This document shows positions 60,137 to 64,000 of a stretch of DNA of 64,000 bases, piece after piece. The position numbers were made by a program, and so were the translations under genes. The stretch is from Acidobacteriota bacterium. GTDB lineage: Bacteria; Acidobacteriota; UBA890; WLXD01. The notes beneath the pieces were generated by a model. It ran no database searches, had not been told where the DNA came from, and worked only from the letters and a program-made list of their open reading frames with translations. The DNA is taken from NCBI GenBank assembly GCA_963666055.2, contig CAXWPH010000006.1, forward strand, positions 160,001 through 224,000, read 5' to 3'. Within the stretch, counting starts at the first letter, position 1. The number at the start of each line of letters is the position of its first letter.

Positions 60137-60255
60137 TACACCTCTTCTCCTGGGCAACGCCCGCGCCGTGGGCAACGCCGTCACCCGATGTCAATGGGGA
60201 ATACCGGTTGCACCCATCTCCTTCTTTGCAAGAATCGTGTCTACCTTTGATTTCT

Positions 60256-60272
60256 TTGCAAGAATCGTGCCG
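60256..60272 (-). promoter_or_regulatory. Sigma54 (-24/-12) promoter upstream of TonB receptor
   Basis: Minus strand CGGCACGATTCTTGCA = GG-N10-GC matching TGGCACG-N4-TTGC. Confidence 0.7.
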
Positions 60273-60512
60273 ATGGGCACGATGGTCGGCTCAGCTGGCT
60301 GCCCGCAACCATCCCGCATTAGGTAGGAATCAGCGGGAATTCCAGCGCCGGCCGCGGTGGACGGCGGGGGACCCAAGCAGCGAGATAACTTCTCAACGCA
60401 CCACCCTTGGGGCTGTTTTCGGTACCCATCTGGACACCGTTTGCTCCAACGAATTGGAGAGCGTCTCCACTAATTTGGATTCCCCTGCTTCCTGTGACCC
60501 GAGGCGACCCCA

Positions 60513-61006
60513 ACGTGTGCATGGCTCCTGATCTCAGTGCATCATCGTGGCAAGGTCCCCGATCTGGAGTTGCCACCCATGAAGTACCCGAAACGGAGCC
60601 AGTACAAGTACGCGAAGTCTCGATATCGGATTCGCAATTGGCCTGAGTACGAGGCGGGCCTACAAAGACGAGGCAACGTTACGGTATGGTTTTCCGCCGA
60701 TGCCCTCGACTCCTGGCGGGCTCCACCTAGCGGGAAACCCGGCGGCCAACGCACCTACGCGGACATCGCAATCGAGGCAGCTCTCACCATCCGGTGGCGT
60801 CCATCTCTGCAGATGGTGCCTACGACACCGAGGGGGTCTACGAAGCGGCTCAAGCAAGGGGCGACGGGCGAGCAGTCAGAGTGGTCATTCCACCTGGACG
60901 CAACGCCCGGTTGCGTCCAAGACCGTCGGCTGCATTGAAGGAGAGGAACCGGAACGTTTGCTCCATCAGCAGACTCGGCCGACGCGAGTGGCACACGCGA
61001 TCCGGC
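60513..61006 (+). mobile_element. IS5 family (IS903-group) transposase remnant with internal deletion and 3' truncation
   Basis: From ATG 60579: YRIRNWPEYEAGLQRRG.VTVW..GGQRTYADIAIE; then out-of-frame jump to ADGAYDT..VIPP..WH.RSG. Confidence 0.8.
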
Positions 61007-63262
61007 TCCGGCAAGACCCGCACCTCGATCGCGCTCGTGGACCTGCTGCAGCGAGCGGGCTGGGTGAAGCGGGCGCTGTTTCTGGCCGACCGGGTATCGC
61101 TGGTGAACCAGGCGGTGGGTGCGTTCAAAGCACACCTGCCGGAGTCCAGCCCGGTGAATCTGGTGACCGAAAGGGATGAGACGGGACGGGTCTACGTTTG
61201 CACCTATCCGACGATGATGGGGCTGATCGACAAGACGAAGGGCAGCGAGGCGCGCTTCAGCGTCGGGCACTTCGACCTGGTTATCATCGACGAGGCGCAC
61301 CGCTCCGTCTACCAGAGGTACGGCGCGATCTTCCGCTACTTCGATTCGCTCCTGGTCGGCCTGACGGCCACGCCCTCGGATCAGGTCGACAGGAATACCT
61401 ACGAGCTGTTCGACCTAGAGCCGGGAGTACCCACCGACGCCTACGAGCTGGAGACCGCTGTGGCGGACGGTTTTCTCGTGCCGCCGCGTGTGCAGCAGGT
61501 GGACCTGAAGTTTCCGCGTGAGGGCATCGACTACGACTCGCTCAGCGACGAGGAGAAGGAGCAGTGGGAGAGCCTCGATTGGGGTGACGACGTTGATCCG
61601 TGGGACCTACCCGACAAGGTCAACGCCGGTGCCATCAACAGCTGGCTGTTCAACAAAGACACGGTCGACAAGGTGCTCCAGCACCTCATGGAGCATGGCC
61701 ACAAGGTCGAGGGCGGTGATCGTCTTGCCAAGACGATCATGTTCGCCCGCAATCACGAGCACGCGAAGTTCATCGAGAATCGGTTCAACTACCACTACCC
61801 GCAGCACAAAGGGCACTTCGCCCGAATCATCGATCACTACGCGACGTATCCGCAGAGCCTGCTCGATGACTTCTCGCAGAAGGGCAAGGTGCCGCACATC
61901 GCCATCTCGGTGGACATGCTCGACACCGGAATCGACATTCCCGAGGTGGCGAACCTGGTGTTCTTCAAGCCGGTCTACTCGAAGATCAAGTTCTGGCAGA
62001 TGATCGGGCGCGGTACGCGCCTGTGCCCGGAGCTGTTCGGGCCGGACGACGACAAGCAAGACTTCCGCGTCTTCGACTTCTGCTTCAACTTCGACTTCTT
62101 CCGGGAGAACCCCGACGGGATCGAGGGCAGAGGCGGCATCCCTCTCGGCACCCGGCTCTTTCGTTCTCGTGTGGATCTGCTGGCGCATGTCCAGGCGACG
62201 CCTGACCTGGACCCGGATACCGCGCTCGCGGGGTCACTGACCACGGAACTGCACGGAGAAGTGGCGGCGATGAACCGCGAGAACTTCATCGTGAGGATGC
62301 ATCTGGAAGCAGTGGATCGCTTCCGTGAGCGCAAGGCTTGGGAGCAACTCAGCGACGCCGACCGTGAAGGGCTGCAAGGTGAGGTCACAGGGCTGCCCAG
62401 CGAGATCGAAACGGATGACATCGAATCGCGGATGTTCGATCTGACAGCTCTGCGCATGCAGCTCGCCCTGGCCGAGGGCGACATGGTCGTGTACGAGAGC
62501 CGCCGGCAGAGAGTGGTGGAGATCGCAATGCTGCTGGAGGAGAAGAGCACGATCCCCGCAGTGAAGGAGCAGCTCGCATACCTGGCCTCCATGCAGGAGA
62601 CCGTTTTCTGGGAGGGGATCGACCTCCAGGGTCTCGAGGAGCTGCGGCTGCATCTACGAGGGCTGGTGCCCTTCCTGGACAGGAAGAAGCGCAAGATCGT
62701 CTACACCGACTTCCAGGACCAAGTCATAGGTGTGCGGGAGGAAGAGGTCGTCTACATGCCGAAGATGACCGGAGCTCAATACGAGAAAAAGGTCAGAGGC
62801 TACCTCCACAACCATCTCGATCACCTCGTGATCCACCGGCTTCGGACCAATCAGCCGCTCACCGCTGCGGACCTGAAGGGGCTGGAAGCGACCCTAGTGG
62901 AGATTGGTGAAGAGGATGGGGAGATGCTCCTCTCCGGATTACTGGCCCGCAGCAAGTCGCCTTCGCTGGCCCACTTCGTTCGCAGCCTTGTTGGCCTTGA
63001 CCGTTCCGCTGCGCAGTCGGCGTTCTCCGAGTTCCTGAACGATCGGAGCCTCACCCCTCCACAGATCCGCTTCGTCGAGATGGTGATCAACCAACTCACC
63101 GCCCGAGGCGTCATGGATGCATCGGCGCTCTATGAGGCGCCCTTCAGTAACCTGCATGCTGGAGGACCCGACGCGCTTTTTGACGGCAAGGAGAATGTGA
63201 TCGAGGGGATCTTCGAGAAGTTGAAGGCAGTCAATTCCGAGGTGATCCAGGAGGTCGGCTGA
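61004..63262 (+). pseudogene. hsdR: Type I restriction subunit HsdR (EcoAI/EcoEI-like), 5'-truncated and fused to IS5 fragment
   Basis: GSGKT Walker A, LFLADR, DEAHRS, GLTATP, SVDMLDTGID, FWQMIGRGTR, EcoEI_R_C-like end (LYEAPF); N-terminal nuclease domain absent. Confidence 0.82.
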
Positions 63263-63280
63263 GACTCCCAAGACGAATCT

Positions 63281-64000
63281 ATGCTCTATTCCGATCCGAT
63301 AACGAGCATCACCTGGGATGACATTGAGACGTTTTGCGCCGAGGGGATTCCTTAGAACGCGTATCTCGACTACAAGCAACAATTCTCAGCGACCCTAAAG
63401 AAGACGCTAGCCGCCATGGCCAACACGTTCGGCGGCCTCATTCTGATTGGCGTTGCGGATGATGACAGCAGGCCGATAACTCCGATCTCGGGAATCGACT
63501 TCGATACGGGCCTCCAAGAACGGATCACGAACATCATCCTCTCGAACATTGTGCCGCCGGTCTTCCCCGAAATTGCGGTCTGTCGGAACGACACTGGTAA
63601 CAAGGCCGTCGTCGTTATTCGCATTCCGGAGAGCGACCATACTCCCCATGCGATTGCGCAAAACACCAAGGTTTACCTGCGCACAGGCAATGTTACGGAA
63701 CCGCACGAGCTCGCCACTGTTGACCGGATCGACTGGCTCAAGGAACATCGGCGGCGGGCTGTTGAACTTCGAGAGGAGATCCTTCAAAACGCAGCCGACC
63801 GCTTCGAACGCGTGTATAAGTTGTGCGTTCCGACTTGGAATAGGGGTGATGTACGGGTGGCCTATTACCCGGGAGGCGGCTGGCTCACCCTTACGGCATG
63901 CCCGCTTTTCCCGCTCAAGGTGTTGGCGGATCCTCCGGTTCTGCAGCAGCACTATCAAGACATCCAGGTCGCCGACACTTCCCTCGACGGCGGACGGCTA
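63281..64000 (+). pseudogene. Schlafen/AlbA_2 domain protein with in-frame TAG at 63353-63355 (3' partial)
   Basis: MLYSDPITSITWDDIETFCAEGIP*NAYLDYK...AAMANTFGGLILIGV..VYLRTG; frame then open to window end. Confidence 0.78.

Overview
High-GC bacterial chromosome segment. ADOP permease plus PadR, an Oar-type TonB receptor and the LptD ending suggest Acidobacteriota (inference). 1-25.6 kb, + strand core region: partial lptD, two GDP-sugar SDRs, htpX, a dcw cluster (mraZ-rsmH-ftsL-ftsI-murE-murF-mraY-murD-ftsW-murG-murC-murB-ftsQ-ftsA-ftsZ, no ddl), a radical SAM gene and pgeF. 25.6-46 kb, mostly - strand accessory run: RNase HI, zinc-ribbon protein, amidohydrolase, two tandem M28-like lipoproteins, a Planctomycete-type DUF1553/DUF1501/cytochrome-LRR module, alpha/beta hydrolase, PadR/ADOP, a sodC remnant, SLC13 permease and CDGSH protein. 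46-53 kb: an ArsM-like methyltransferase with an ArsS-like radical SAM, a heme c/copper monooxygenase-like pair and a Tat-exported M24 hydrolase. From a 3' tRNA-Ile(CAU) fragment at 53.2 kb (probable att site) to the end lies a decaying island: sulfatase between 102-bp direct repeats, IS6/IS5 remnants, gene fragments, a sigma54-preceded TonB receptor, an IS5-fused truncated HsdR and a nonsense-mutated Schlafen/AlbA_2 gene. Best leads are the arsenic methyltransferase/radical SAM pair, a ~150-nt rod hairpin inside the dcw operon, and the atypical tandem M28-like lipoproteins. All family assignments come from motif recognition by eye; no searches were run.
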